The notes beneath the pieces are model-generated. The model saw nothing but the letters and a program-made list of their open reading frames with translations, had not been told where the DNA came from and made no database searches. DNA of 64,000 nucleotides from assembly GCA_963767925.1 (NCBI GenBank), contig CAVYGB010000010.1, positions 832,001 to 896,000 of the forward strand, given 5' to 3'. Source of the stretch: an uncultured delta proteobacterium (lineage in GTDB: Bacteria > Myxococcota_A > Polyangia > Fen-1088). Shown here piece after piece: positions 1 to 9,794 of the stretch; position 1 is the first letter of the stretch, and the number at the start of each line of letters is the position of its first letter. A program made the position numbers and the translations under genes.

Positions 1-730
1 GGAACAGCGAGCGGGTGTCCTGCCCCATGAGGATGGCGTGAGAGGGATCGTAGTGGATGCGAAGCTGGTCCCCCACCCCGTGCCGCTCGCAGATCCGGTG
101 CAGCGCGATCCAGGGGCCGGGGGCGTAGGCGATGTTGTTGTGGAAGTTGTCCCCGGTGGTCCAGCCCGGCATCGGGCACTGCTCGATCCGGTATTGCAGG
201 CCGCGGGCCTTGGCCTCGCGCAGGAGGGGCACGAACACCTCCTCGAAGAAGACCAGGTTGCCGTCGAGGCTCAGCTTCTGGTTGCGGCCCACGAAGCCGC
301 ACACCGCCTCCGCCCCCAGCAGGACGGCGGCGTCGAACACGCGCAGCATGAAGGCGTGTTTCTTGGCCCGCAGGTCGTTGTCGTCGTGGAGCATGTTGTC
401 GAAGTAGCCGAGGTCGGACAGGCCGACGCCGGTGGCCCGCAGCGCCGCCAGCACCCGGTCGGCGCGCCGGCGATCGAAGGGCTGGCGCAGGTCGAGGGTG
501 TTGGCCACCGGATCGAGCATCGCCTCGGGCGGCACGTCGGCCTCGTCGGGGTGCAGGGCGGCCGAGAGCTGGATGAAGGGGCTGTCGAGCTCGCGGGCGA
601 AGGCCAGCCAGTCCTCGATGGCCCGGTCGGGATCGGCGTCGCGCACCGGGCGCGGCGTGAGCTCCTGCAGCGCCGCCGTGAGGACGCTGAGCTTCATGAA
701 CTTCGGCTCGAAGGGACGCACCGTCGACAT
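1..730 (-). CDS. Sugar phosphate isomerase/epimerase, xylose-isomerase-like TIM barrel (3' end runs off window)
   Basis: Not in ORF track; manual translation [24 protein letters not shown]...GYFDNMLH...IEQCPMPGW...[13 protein letters not shown] shows AP_endonuc_2-type E / DxxH metal motifs. Confidence 0.75.
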   Translation of the reverse strand, partial: MSTVRPFEPKFMKLSVLTAALQELTPRPVRDADPDRAIEDWLAFARELDSPFIQLSAALHPDEADVPPEAMLDPVANTLDLRQPFDRRRADRVLAALRATGVGLSDLGYFDNMLHDDNDLRAKKHAFMLRVFDAAVLLGAEAVCGFVGRNQKLSLDGNLVFFEEVFVPLLREAKARGLQYRIEQCPMPGWTTGDNFHNNIAYAPGPWIALHRICERHGVGDQLRIHYDPSHAILMGQDTRSLF

Positions 731-770
731 GGCCGGACTTTCGACCGGCCGACCCGGGCGGTCAAGGCGA

Positions 771-2048
771 TCAGCGCCGGCGCAGCCGCCAGAGCAGCGC
801 CCCCGCGGCCACCAGGGCCAGCACCAGCCAGGCCTGGCGCAGCGAGCGGGTGACCAGCAGCCACAGGCAGAAGGCGGCCGCCGCCGGGGCCACGATGGAC
901 GCGGCCGGCAGGCGGAAGCCGGGGCCAGCGCCCGGCTGGTCGCGGCGGCGGAACACGAGCAGGGCCAGGCAGGTGAGCCCGTAGGTCAGCAGGCGCACGA
1001 TGGCCGAGGCGGTGGCGTTCCAGGCGAAGCTGCCGAACAGGGCCAGGGCCAGCACCAGCCCGGCGTAGGTGAGGATGGCGACGTGGGGGGTGCGGAAGCG
1101 GGGGTGCACGCGGGCGAGGGCCGCGGGCAGCTCACCCCGCTCGGCCATCGAGAACAGCACGCGCGGCGACTGCAACACGGTGCCGGTGGCGTAGCCGTTG
1201 ATCGAGATCATGGCCGCCAGGCTGGCGAGCAGGACGCCCGAGCCCCCGAACAGCGCCCCGAAGGCGGCCGCCACCGGCGCCTTGACCTGGGCCACCGCCG
1301 GCACCAGCCCGATCACCGCGAGCTGCACCAGGCAGTAGATCGTCGTGATGATCGCCAGGGCCACGAGCAGGGCGAAGGCGCTATCGCCCCGGGGGTTGCG
1401 CGCCTCGCCGGCCGGGATGAGCGGCGCCTCGAACCCGCCGTAGGCGAACATCAGCAGCAAGATGGCCTGGGTCCACTGGGGGTCGGCCACCACCTGCGAG
1501 CGGATCACCCCCGCTTGCACCTGGGGTAGGCCGGCCAGCACCAGCAGCAACAGCGGCAGCAGCTTGGCCAGCGTGAACAGATCGACCGCCCAGGTCGCCT
1601 GCCGGACCCCGATCACGTTGATGCCGGCGATGACCGCGACGATCGCGATCATGATCGCCGCCCGCGCCGGGCCCGCTCCCGCCGCCGGCAGCAGGCGAGC
1701 CAGGTATTCGACGAACACGTTGAGGCTGGCGGCCATCGCGGTGACCCGGATCCAGAACGTCAGCCAGCCCGCCTCGAAGCCGATGAAGTGGCCGAAGGCC
1801 TCGCGCGCGTAGAGGTAGGGGCCGCCCGGCTCCTGGAACCGGCTCGCCACCTCGGCGAAGCAGAGCACGATGGTCAACACGCCGAGGCCCGCGATGAGGG
1901 CCACCAGGGGGCTGGCCGCACCGGTCAGCCGGGCCTGCTCGGCCGGCATCCCGAAGATGGCGCTGCCGATCACCGCGTTGATCACGGCGGCCGTGAGATC
2001 CCAGCGCCCGATGCTGCGGACCAGCCCTGGGCGGGCCGCCTCATTCAT
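771..2048 (-). CDS. APC-family amino acid permease
   Basis: About 12 hydrophobic segments; [24 protein letters not shown] and RFRTPHVAI motifs. Confidence 0.9.
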   Translation of the reverse strand: MNEAARPGLVRSIGRWDLTAAVINAVIGSAIFGMPAEQARLTGAASPLVALIAGLGVLTIVLCFAEVASRFQEPGGPYLYAREAFGHFIGFEAGWLTFWIRVTAMAASLNVFVEYLARLLPAAGAGPARAAIMIAIVAVIAGINVIGVRQATWAVDLFTLAKLLPLLLLVLAGLPQVQAGVIRSQVVADPQWTQAILLLMFAYGGFEAPLIPAGEARNPRGDSAFALLVALAIITTIYCLVQLAVIGLVPAVAQVKAPVAAAFGALFGGSGVLLASLAAMISINGYATGTVLQSPRVLFSMAERGELPAALARVHPRFRTPHVAILTYAGLVLALALFGSFAWNATASAIVRLLTYGLTCLALLVFRRRDQPGAGPGFRLPAASIVAPAAAAFCLWLLVTRSLRQAWLVLALVAAGALLWRLRRR

Positions 2049-2188
2049 CCGGGTTGGCCCTCGCGCGCGTGGCTGGAGGGGTCGTCACGGCCCGGTCTAC
2101 ACGTTGCGCCTGCAGGGCATGTAGGTAGAGTATGCCCTCTTCCCACCGGACCGCGCCAGGCAGGCGGTCGCCCGAGCAGGAGACGCCG

Positions 2189-3448
2189 ATGGTCCACCTA
2201 GCGCGCATCTTGTGCCCCGCTGTCCTCTTTCTCACCTTCGCGCCCGGCTGTGGTGACGATTCGCCCCCGACCGACCCTCCGCCCGCCGCGGGCCAAGGCG
2301 GCGCCGGCGGCAGCGGTGGCGCCCGCCCCGCCGGGGGCAGCGGTGTCGGTGGCGCGGCCGGGAGCGCCGCCGCGCCGACCGCCGGCACCGGCGGCGCGAC
2401 GCCCGCGCCGACCCCACCCGCCGCCGATGCGGGGACGGCCGCCACCCCCGACGCTTTCCGCCGCGACGCGGGCGCCCCGGCGCCCGACGGCGCCCCGGCC
2501 ACGCCCCCGCCCGCCGGCGCGCCCGCGCCCGGCCAGTACGGCACCCGGGCCGTGTTGCCCGAGCGCAACTCGGAGTTCGCCCTCGCCGCCCTCGACGGCA
2601 AGCTGTACGTGCTCGGCGGCTACCCGACCAACCCGAGCCAGACCCGCCCGACCCTGCAGATCTACGATCCGGCGACGAACACCTGGAAGCTCGGCGCCGC
2701 CTCGCCGGTCGCCCTGCACCACCCGGTCATCGCGGGGGTGAGCGGCAAGCTGTACAGCCTCGGCGGCCAGCCCGACACCGACCTGGTGCTCGAATACGAT
2801 CCCGCGACCGACACCTGGAGCTCGGCCCGGCGGCGCATGCCCACCGCCCGCGGCGGCGGCGCCGGCGCCGTCCTCGACGGCAAGATCTACGTCGTGGGGG
2901 CCCGGCCGGGCAACCTCTCGGCCGCGGCGGTCAACGCCTTCGAGGCCTACGACGTCGCCGCCGACACCTGGGAGTCGCTGCCGAAGCTGCCGGCCCGGTT
3001 CGACAACCGCAACCACCTCGCCACCGGGGCCATGCTGGGGAAGATCTACGTGGCGGGCGGGCGCTTCAACGGCGGCGGCTTCGCCTCGCCGATGACCGAC
3101 GCGCTCGAGATGTACGACCCCGCCACCCGCACCTGGACGGCGAAGGCCAACATGCGGCGGGCGCGCGGCGGGCTGTCGGCGGTGGTCGCCTTCGGCTGCT
3201 TCTTCACCTACGGGGGCGAGGGGTCGGGCATCGGCGAGCCCAACGACGTGTTCCCCGACCACGACGTCTACAACCCGGTGACCGACACCTGGACCGCCCT
3301 GCCCCGCCTGCCGATCCCCTTTCACGGCGTCACCGGCGGCGCCTTCGTGGACGGCGTGATCTACATGCCGGGCGGGGGCACCAGCTCCGGCGGCAGCAGC
3401 GGCACCACCATGCACCAGGTCTACCGCCCCGACCTGCGCTGCGAGTGA
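2189..3448 (+). CDS. Kelch-repeat beta-propeller lipoprotein
   Basis: AGGAG RBS; lipobox APGC; Gly/Pro linker; repeated KLYVLGG...YDP..NTW kelch units. Confidence 0.85.
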   Translation: MVHLARILCPAVLFLTFAPGCGDDSPPTDPPPAAGQGGAGGSGGARPAGGSGVGGAAGSAAAPTAGTGGATPAPTPPAADAGTAATPDAFRRDAGAPAPDGAPATPPPAGAPAPGQYGTRAVLPERNSEFALAALDGKLYVLGGYPTNPSQTRPTLQIYDPATNTWKLGAASPVALHHPVIAGVSGKLYSLGGQPDTDLVLEYDPATDTWSSARRRMPTARGGGAGAVLDGKIYVVGARPGNLSAAAVNAFEAYDVAADTWESLPKLPARFDNRNHLATGAMLGKIYVAGGRFNGGGFASPMTDALEMYDPATRTWTAKANMRRARGGLSAVVAFGCFFTYGGEGSGIGEPNDVFPDHDVYNPVTDTWTALPRLPIPFHGVTGGAFVDGVIYMPGGGTSSGGSSGTTMHQVYRPDLRCE

Positions 3449-3630
3449 ACGGCCGGCCGGCCTCGCCCCTCACCCATCCGGGAGGTAGGGCCCAGACTTA
3501 CTGAAAGCGTCGTACGTCCAGGGCCGGCAAGGCGGGCCCTGGACGCGGAAAGTGACCGGTTCGGGGGGCCGACCTGGGCCCTGGCCAGGCTTGCAGCTAG
3601 AATAGACGCCGGGGTTCGAGGCGTCTTCTC

Positions 3631-4533
3631 TTGGTGTCGGCAAGCTTGATGCTGATCGTGCTCGGCGGCATGCCCTGCCTGCCCGAGGAGCTCGGATACC
3701 TGTCGCCTCGGCTCACCGTCGAGCTGCCGCCGGTCTCCGAGGCGCCGGTGGTTCCGGAGACGCCCCCCACCCCACCTCCGGTGGTTCCGCCCCCGCGCCT
3801 GCCCACCCGGCCGAGCGAAGCCATCCGCTACCGGGTGATGTACGGCCTGTTCGGCGAGCTCGGCGAGATCAAGATCTCCTTCGCCTTCCCGGGTGACGCG
3901 GTCAAGGCGATCGGCGTCGGCAAGGGATCGCTGCTCGGCTTCGGGCAGATGGAGAAGCGGCTCGAGAGCCAGCTCGACGGCAAGGGGCTGACCCCCCGGC
4001 GCTGGGTGACGAGCCGGATCCAGAGCGGCAGGACCACCACCGACACCATCGAGCAGCCCGTGCCGGGATCGATCGAGGTGGTGCGCCGCCGGACCGGCCG
4101 GCCCGACGAGGGCCACCGCTTCGTGCGCAAGCAGCCGGTGCTAGACCCGCTGGCCTTCCTCTACCGCATCCGCCACCACCCGCCCCGGACGGCGCAGGCC
4201 TACGAGGTGCTCGACGGTCGCGCGCTCTGGCTGATCTCGGTGGAGCCGGCCCGCGGGGGCGCCCTGGAGAAGGGTCGGCCGGCGCTGATGGTGCGCGGGC
4301 AGGCCAGCCCGATCTTCTGGGACGGGCAGCGCGACCCCGAGCGGGCCGCCCGCAGCTTCACGCTCTGGCTCGACAAGGACCGCTACCACACGCCCTTGCG
4401 CCTCACCATGCCGCTGCCGGTGGGCGAGGTGCGGGTGGATCTGGCGGCCATCGAGCGGGACGTGACCGCGGAGCCCGCCGCCCCGCCGCCCCGTCCGGCC
4501 CGGCCGGCGCTGGCCAACCGCGCCCCCCGCTGA
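3631..4533 (+). CDS. Exported protein, DUF3108-like
   Basis: N-terminal hydrophobic segment, Pro linker, YRVMYG..G, DPLAFLY and LWLDKD..TPLRL pattern. Confidence 0.55.
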   Translation: MVSASLMLIVLGGMPCLPEELGYLSPRLTVELPPVSEAPVVPETPPTPPPVVPPPRLPTRPSEAIRYRVMYGLFGELGEIKISFAFPGDAVKAIGVGKGSLLGFGQMEKRLESQLDGKGLTPRRWVTSRIQSGRTTTDTIEQPVPGSIEVVRRRTGRPDEGHRFVRKQPVLDPLAFLYRIRHHPPRTAQAYEVLDGRALWLISVEPARGGALEKGRPALMVRGQASPIFWDGQRDPERAARSFTLWLDKDRYHTPLRLTMPLPVGEVRVDLAAIERDVTAEPAAPPPRPARPALANRAPR

Positions 4534-4602
4534 GCGCGCCGGGTCTTCCGGGATTGCCGGGGCCGGAGCATACTGCCGCCCCGGCCGACCGCCGGGACCA
4601 CC

Positions 4603-5334
4603 GTGACCAAGCTCAGCCTCAACCTCAACAAGTTTGCTCTGCTGCGCAACGCCCGGGGCGGGTCGCAGCCTGACGTCGCCGCCATCGGACGGCGCTGCCT
4701 GCGGGCCGGGGCCCACGGCCTCACCGTGCACCCGCGCCCCGACGAGCGCCACACCCGCCCCGCCGACGTCCGCGCGCTCGCCGACCTGGTCCGCGGGTTC
4801 CCCGGGATCGAGCTGAACGTCGAGGGGAACCCGACCCCCGGCTACCTCGAGCTGGTGCTCGAGGTGCGCCCGCACCAGGCCACGCTGGTGCCGGACGCCC
4901 CCCAGCAGCTCACCTCCGATCACGGCTGGGACGTGCGCGCGGCCGGCGCGGAGCTGACGCCGGTGCTGGCCCGCCTGAAGGCCGCCGGGATCCGGGTGAG
5001 CCTGTTCCTCGATCCCGATCCGGCCCAGGCCGAGGCCGCCGCCCGGGTGGGGGCCGATCGGATCGAGCTTTACACCGAGGGCTGGGCCCGCGCCTTCGGG
5101 ACCGCCGCCGAGGCGGGCGCGCTGGCCAGCTACGCCGCTACCGCCCGGCGCGCGCAGGAGGTGGGGCTGGGGGTCAACGCCGGCCACGACCTGTCGCTGG
5201 CCAACCTGGGGCAGTTCCTGGCGGGCGTGCCGGGCGTGCTCGAGGTGTCGATCGGCCACGCCTTCGTCTGCGAGGCCTTCGACCACACCCTCGAAGGGAC
5301 GATCGAGCGGTACCTGAAGATCGTCGCGCCCTGA
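4603..5334 (+). CDS. pdxJ: Pyridoxine 5'-phosphate synthase
   Basis: LSLNLNKFALLRNARG, TVHPRPDERH, NAGHDL, EVSIGHA. Confidence 0.95.
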   Translation: MTKLSLNLNKFALLRNARGGSQPDVAAIGRRCLRAGAHGLTVHPRPDERHTRPADVRALADLVRGFPGIELNVEGNPTPGYLELVLEVRPHQATLVPDAPQQLTSDHGWDVRAAGAELTPVLARLKAAGIRVSLFLDPDPAQAEAAARVGADRIELYTEGWARAFGTAAEAGALASYAATARRAQEVGLGVNAGHDLSLANLGQFLAGVPGVLEVSIGHAFVCEAFDHTLEGTIERYLKIVAP

Positions 5335-5359
5335 GGGGGCGGGGAGCGTTCTCGAGTCG

Positions 5360-5800
5360 TCAGCCCACCAGGGGGGCGTCGTCGGCGAGGACGAGGCGCT
5401 TGGCGCGGCCGTCGTCGTCGGTGTCGAAGAACTCCAGGCAGGGGTGGCGGGGGGCGAGCAGGCTGGCGATCAGCGCCTGTAGCCGCAGGTGGTCGGCCCG
5501 GGGCAGGTCGAGGAACGAGAGGGCCAGCATGTGCTCGCCGGGGCCGCGCCGCTCGTGGCGAGAGACCTGGGCGAAGCTCATGAAGGGCTCCTTGCCGGGC
5601 AGGTCGAGCAGCACCGAGACCACCCGGCCGCGGCGCATGGGGGCGCCCACCACCGCCCGCATGCCGCCGACCGAGAGGTCCTCGATCAAGCAGGGACCCA
5701 GGGGCCGCCGGTCGGAAAAGAGGATGGCGGTCGCCGGCAAGTCGGCCCGCGGATGGCGGCGCCGACTGCGACGGGTCGGGTCAACGACGTGGGTAGACAC
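5360..5800 (-). CDS. PilZ domain protein
   Basis: RxxxR (RRHPR) and DLSVGG c-di-GMP-binding motifs. Confidence 0.8.
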   Translation of the reverse strand: MSTHVVDPTRRSRRRHPRADLPATAILFSDRRPLGPCLIEDLSVGGMRAVVGAPMRRGRVVSVLLDLPGKEPFMSFAQVSRHERRGPGEHMLALSFLDLPRADHLRLQALIASLLAPRHPCLEFFDTDDDGRAKRLVLADDAPLVG

Positions 5801-6016
5801 TGTAAGGTTTTATGTTAATCGAACTTACAAAATTTTCAACGACCGACACCTCCCCCCACCCCCCGAATTCCACCCACCTGCACCCTGGATCGGACGCGCG
5901 GTTTGCGCAACCCCGCGGCGCGGGCGTTCCTGTCATCCGCGCGGTAATGTTTCGAGGGTCGAAGTGAAAAGGACTTGCTCCCGTCCGTCGCAATCGCTGC
6001 GGTAGACTTGGGTCGG

Positions 6017-7390
6017 ATGCTCAACCCCAAGGACCTACCCGCCACGACGCTCTGGATGGCCCCCGCCAAGTCGGCCAAGCTCGTCTCGCGCAAGGTTCGC
6101 ATCGAGGTGCTGAGCGGACCGGATTCGGGTCGACACGCCGAGTTGCCCGGCCCCGAGGTGCGAGTGGGGAGCGCGCCCGACTGCGATCTCGCCCTGCGCG
6201 ACCCCACCGTCAGCCGCCACCACTTCACCGTACGGGTGGAGGGCGAGCGCATCCGGGTCATCGACTTCGGCAGCACCAACGGGACCCTGCTCGACGGGCT
6301 GGCCATCCGCGACGCCTTCGCCCGCCCCGACTCGCGCATCCAGTGCGGCACCTCGACGCTGCGGCTGGGCATGTTGCCCGACGTGGTCGAGGTGCCGGTC
6401 TCCCTGCGGGATCGCTTCGGCGGGTTGCTCGGCGGCAGCGCGGCCATGCGGCGGGTGTTCGCCATCCTCGAGCGGGTGGCGCCCACCGACACGACCCTGC
6501 TGGTGGAAGGTGAGACCGGCACCGGCAAGGAGCTGGTGGCCGAGGGCCTGCACGAGGAGAGCCAGCGCAGCGGCGGCCCCTTCGTCGTGTTCGACTGCTC
6601 GGCGGTCTCGCCGACCCTGATCGAGAGCGAGCTGTTCGGACACGTCAAGGGCGCCTTCACCGGCGCCATCGGCGACCGGGCCGGCGCCTTCGAGGCGGCC
6701 GACGGCGGCACCCTGTTTCTCGACGAGGTCGGCGAGCTGCCGCTCGACCTGCAGCCCAAGCTGCTGCGTGCCCTCGAGCGGCGGGAGGTCCGGCGGGTCG
6801 GCTCCAACCAGGTGCGGCGGGTCGACGTGCGCATCGTGGCCGCCACCAACCGCTCGCTCACCAACGAGGTGGAGCGGGGGCGCTTTCGCGAGGACCTGTA
6901 CTACCGCCTGGCCGTGATCCACCTCGTGCTGCCCCCGCTGCGCGAGCGGCCCGAGGACATCGCCCTGCTGGTGGCCCACTTCACCCGCGAGCTGGGGGGC
7001 CAGGGGGCGATGCCCCTGCCCGACTCGATGCTCAAGATGCTCGAGACCCAGAGCTTCTCGGGCAACGTGCGCGAGCTTCGCAACGCCGTGGCCCGGGCCC
7101 TCTCCCTGCGCGCCCCCACCCCGCCCGGCCCCCAGGTGGTGCCCGACGGCCTCTCTCCCAGCCCCGGCTTCTCGGTGCCGCTCGATCTGTCGATCCCCCT
7201 CAAGCAGGCCCGCGACCGGCTGATCGATCAATACGAGCAGGCCTACCTGCGCGAGGCCCTCAACCTCACGAGCGGCAACATCACGCGCGCCGCCGAGCTG
7301 GCCGGGGTCAACCGCAAGTTCATCCAGCGGGCGATGAAGCGCTTGCAGCTCCGCGTGGAAGACGCGCCCGACTCCGACGGCGAAGACTGA
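6017..7390 (+). CDS. FHA-domain sigma54-dependent enhancer-binding activator
   Basis: FHA (VSRHH, GSTNGT); Walker A GETGTGKE; GAFTGA; FLDEVGE; RFREDLYYRL; C-terminal Fis HTH. Confidence 0.95.
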   Translation: MLNPKDLPATTLWMAPAKSAKLVSRKVRIEVLSGPDSGRHAELPGPEVRVGSAPDCDLALRDPTVSRHHFTVRVEGERIRVIDFGSTNGTLLDGLAIRDAFARPDSRIQCGTSTLRLGMLPDVVEVPVSLRDRFGGLLGGSAAMRRVFAILERVAPTDTTLLVEGETGTGKELVAEGLHEESQRSGGPFVVFDCSAVSPTLIESELFGHVKGAFTGAIGDRAGAFEAADGGTLFLDEVGELPLDLQPKLLRALERREVRRVGSNQVRRVDVRIVAATNRSLTNEVERGRFREDLYYRLAVIHLVLPPLRERPEDIALLVAHFTRELGGQGAMPLPDSMLKMLETQSFSGNVRELRNAVARALSLRAPTPPGPQVVPDGLSPSPGFSVPLDLSIPLKQARDRLIDQYEQAYLREALNLTSGNITRAAELAGVNRKFIQRAMKRLQLRVEDAPDSDGED

Positions 7391-7400
7391 GCAACGCGGC

Positions 7401-8453
7401 CTACTGGAAGCCGTCGTGGAGGGCGGCGACCTCGGCGGCGCTGAGCGGGCGGTTGTAGATCCGCACGTCGTCGATCTGGCCCTGGAAGTTCTCGGCGTTG
7501 TTGAAGATGGCGGCAATGCGAGCGTTGCCCACCCCGCCCGTGTCGGGCGCCACCGTGCCGGTGCCCCGCTGCACGCCATCGAGGTAAAGGCGGTGGGTGT
7601 TGCCGTCGTAGCTGTAGACGTAGTGGTGCCAGCCAGGCGCCAGCGCGGGCGCCGAGACGAGGTCGTCGTCGCCCCCTTTCCAGGCGGCCACCCGGTTGTC
7701 CTTGAAGCCGATCTTGAGCCGCGAGCCGTCGCTGCTGCCGGAGGTGAGCGAGAAGCAGACCCGGTTGTTGGTCGGCATGGCGGCGAGGTTCACCCAGAAG
7801 GCGACGCTCTGCCGCTGGTTGTTGGCCGGCAGGTTGCGGGTGCCGAGCTCGACGAAGTCGTTGTCGCCATCGAAGCGGAGTGAGCCGGGGTTGGGGTAGC
7901 GGGCCGCCGGGAAGCCGCCCGCCACCCGGACCGCTCCGCTGACCGTGCCGTTGTTGAGGCCGCCGACGCTGTCGGCCGCGCCGTTGCCCGAGGTCTCGTC
8001 CAGCTTCCAGCGGCTGATGAGGCCCGTGCCGAGGTTCACCCCGGGCGGGGGGCCCGCTTCGGCGGGGGGCGCTTCGGGCGCGCCGGCATCGGTCGGCGGC
8101 GGCGCCGTGTCGGCCGGCGCGCTGTCGGCCGGGCGCGGGGCCGTGTCCGGCGGCGCGCGATCGGGGGCAGTGTCGCGGGTCTGGGTGTCGGCACGCGCGT
8201 CGACGGCGCCCGGTCCCGCGCCGCCGCTACCCGGCGCCGTGCCGCCGATCCCGCCGGTGCCGTCGATGGGCGCACCGGGGCCGCGGCCACCCTGGACGGA
8301 GCCGCTGCTATCCGGGGCGGCGTCCGCGGGCAGCGCTTCGACGAAGACGCGCGAAGCCTCGGGCCCGCAGGATGAAACCGACGCTCCCAGCAGCGCGAGC
8401 AACATCACGCTGGCTCCGCGTGCTTCGCACCGACGGCGTCGGCAGCGGGTCAT
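7401..8453 (-). CDS. LamG/concanavalin-like jelly-roll lipoprotein (paralog 1)
   Basis: Lipobox VSSC; Pro-rich stalk; WKLDE, SLRFDG, WHH, LYLDG, FQGQIDDVRIYNRPLS; start codon uncertain. Confidence 0.85.
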   Translation of the reverse strand: MTRCRRRRCEARGASVMLLALLGASVSSCGPEASRVFVEALPADAAPDSSGSVQGGRGPGAPIDGTGGIGGTAPGSGGAGPGAVDARADTQTRDTAPDRAPPDTAPRPADSAPADTAPPPTDAGAPEAPPAEAGPPPGVNLGTGLISRWKLDETSGNGAADSVGGLNNGTVSGAVRVAGGFPAARYPNPGSLRFDGDNDFVELGTRNLPANNQRQSVAFWVNLAAMPTNNRVCFSLTSGSSDGSRLKIGFKDNRVAAWKGGDDDLVSAPALAPGWHHYVYSYDGNTHRLYLDGVQRGTGTVAPDTGGVGNARIAAIFNNAENFQGQIDDVRIYNRPLSAAEVAALHDGFQ

Positions 8454-8726
8454 GACTGACGAGGATAGAGCCAGGTTTCCTGGTCGACAAGTTCCATTAG
8501 CCTGTAAGAAACAAAATGGAGTTGACTCGAAAATTTTTTGCTTGCTCGAAACGGTACCACGACACGTGGCCGTGGCCGGACCGAGTCGAGCGTCGCGCGA
8601 CGGTCCCGGTCGCCTGTGCGGCGATCCATCTCTGGTCCGCGCGGTTGGCGTCACCGGGTGGGGCGGCGCCCGACCGGCTTCGACGCGGCCGGCGCGGGCC
8701 TGCTCGAGGCCCCGCGCGCCTGGCCG

Positions 8727-9740
8727 CTACTCCTGGCCGTTGCGCAGCGCCATCAGCTCGTCGGGCGTGAGCGCGCGGTTGTAGACGCGCACCTCGTCGA
8801 GCTGGCCCCGGAAGTTCTCGGCGTTGTCGTAGCCGGCGCCCAGGCGGGCGCTGGCCACCGCGCCATCGTCGGGCTCGCCGGTGGACATGCCGGCCAGCGC
8901 GCCGTCGACGTACAGGCGGTGCGTGGTGCCGTCGAAGGTGTACGCGAAGTGGTGCCAGCCGGCCGCGACAGCGGCGCCCGCGGCGAAGTCGGTGCCGCCG
9001 CCCGCCCAGGCCGCCACCCGGCCGGCCCGGAAGCCGAGCTTGAGCCGGGAGCCACCCTCCTGCCCGTCGGTCAGGGACACGCAGATCTGGGGCTCGGTCG
9101 GCATGGCCGCGATGCTGAACCAGAAGGTCACCGTCTGCGGCCGATCGTTGGCCGGCAGGCTGCGGGTGCCGAGGGCGACGAAGTCGTTGTCCCCGTCGAA
9201 GCGCAGGGAGCCCGGGTTCGCGTAGAGCGCGCCGGGGTAGCCGACCGTCGTGCGGACCGGGCCGTTGAGGGTGCCCGGGTTGGTGCCCATCACGTCGGCG
9301 GTCATGTTGCCGTTCATCTCGTCGAGCTTCCAGCGGCTGACCAGGCCCATCCCGAGAGTGAGGACGGCCGCGTCCGGTGGGCTGGCGTCGGGGGGCGTGC
9401 TGTCCGGGCTGCTCAGATCGAAGCCCGCGTCCGGCTCGGGCGCGACGGCGCTGTCGAGCTCGGGCGCGTCGGGCGGCGGCGGGCTGGGCGCGTCGACGGC
9501 GGCGGGTCCACCGCCCGATCCGCCGCCACCGCCCCCGCCGGTGCCACCGCTGCCGCCGGCCCCGGCCTCACCGTCGGGAACGGAGGGGCGACCGGCCATC
9601 GGTCGGGCGTCGACCTCGGCCTCGACGAATTCGCGGGAGCTGCGGGGCGCACACGAAAACGCCGACTGCAAACCAAGCGTCGCCAGCGTGTAACCGAGCG
9701 CCGTCCAGAGTCGATCCCGCCGATTTCGGCGGTGAAACAT
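8727..9740 (-). CDS. LamG/concanavalin-like jelly-roll lipoprotein (paralog 2)
   Basis: Lipobox AFSC; same LamG motifs ([34 protein letters not shown]). Confidence 0.85.
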   Translation of the reverse strand: MFHRRNRRDRLWTALGYTLATLGLQSAFSCAPRSSREFVEAEVDARPMAGRPSVPDGEAGAGGSGGTGGGGGGGSGGGPAAVDAPSPPPPDAPELDSAVAPEPDAGFDLSSPDSTPPDASPPDAAVLTLGMGLVSRWKLDEMNGNMTADVMGTNPGTLNGPVRTTVGYPGALYANPGSLRFDGDNDFVALGTRSLPANDRPQTVTFWFSIAAMPTEPQICVSLTDGQEGGSRLKLGFRAGRVAAWAGGGTDFAAGAAVAAGWHHFAYTFDGTTHRLYVDGALAGMSTGEPDDGAVASARLGAGYDNAENFRGQLDEVRVYNRALTPDELMALRNGQE

Positions 9741-9794
9741 GTTGTGAGCATAAGGCCTCCGACCGGGTTCCCTCAAGGCCTGCCTGGCAAAACG

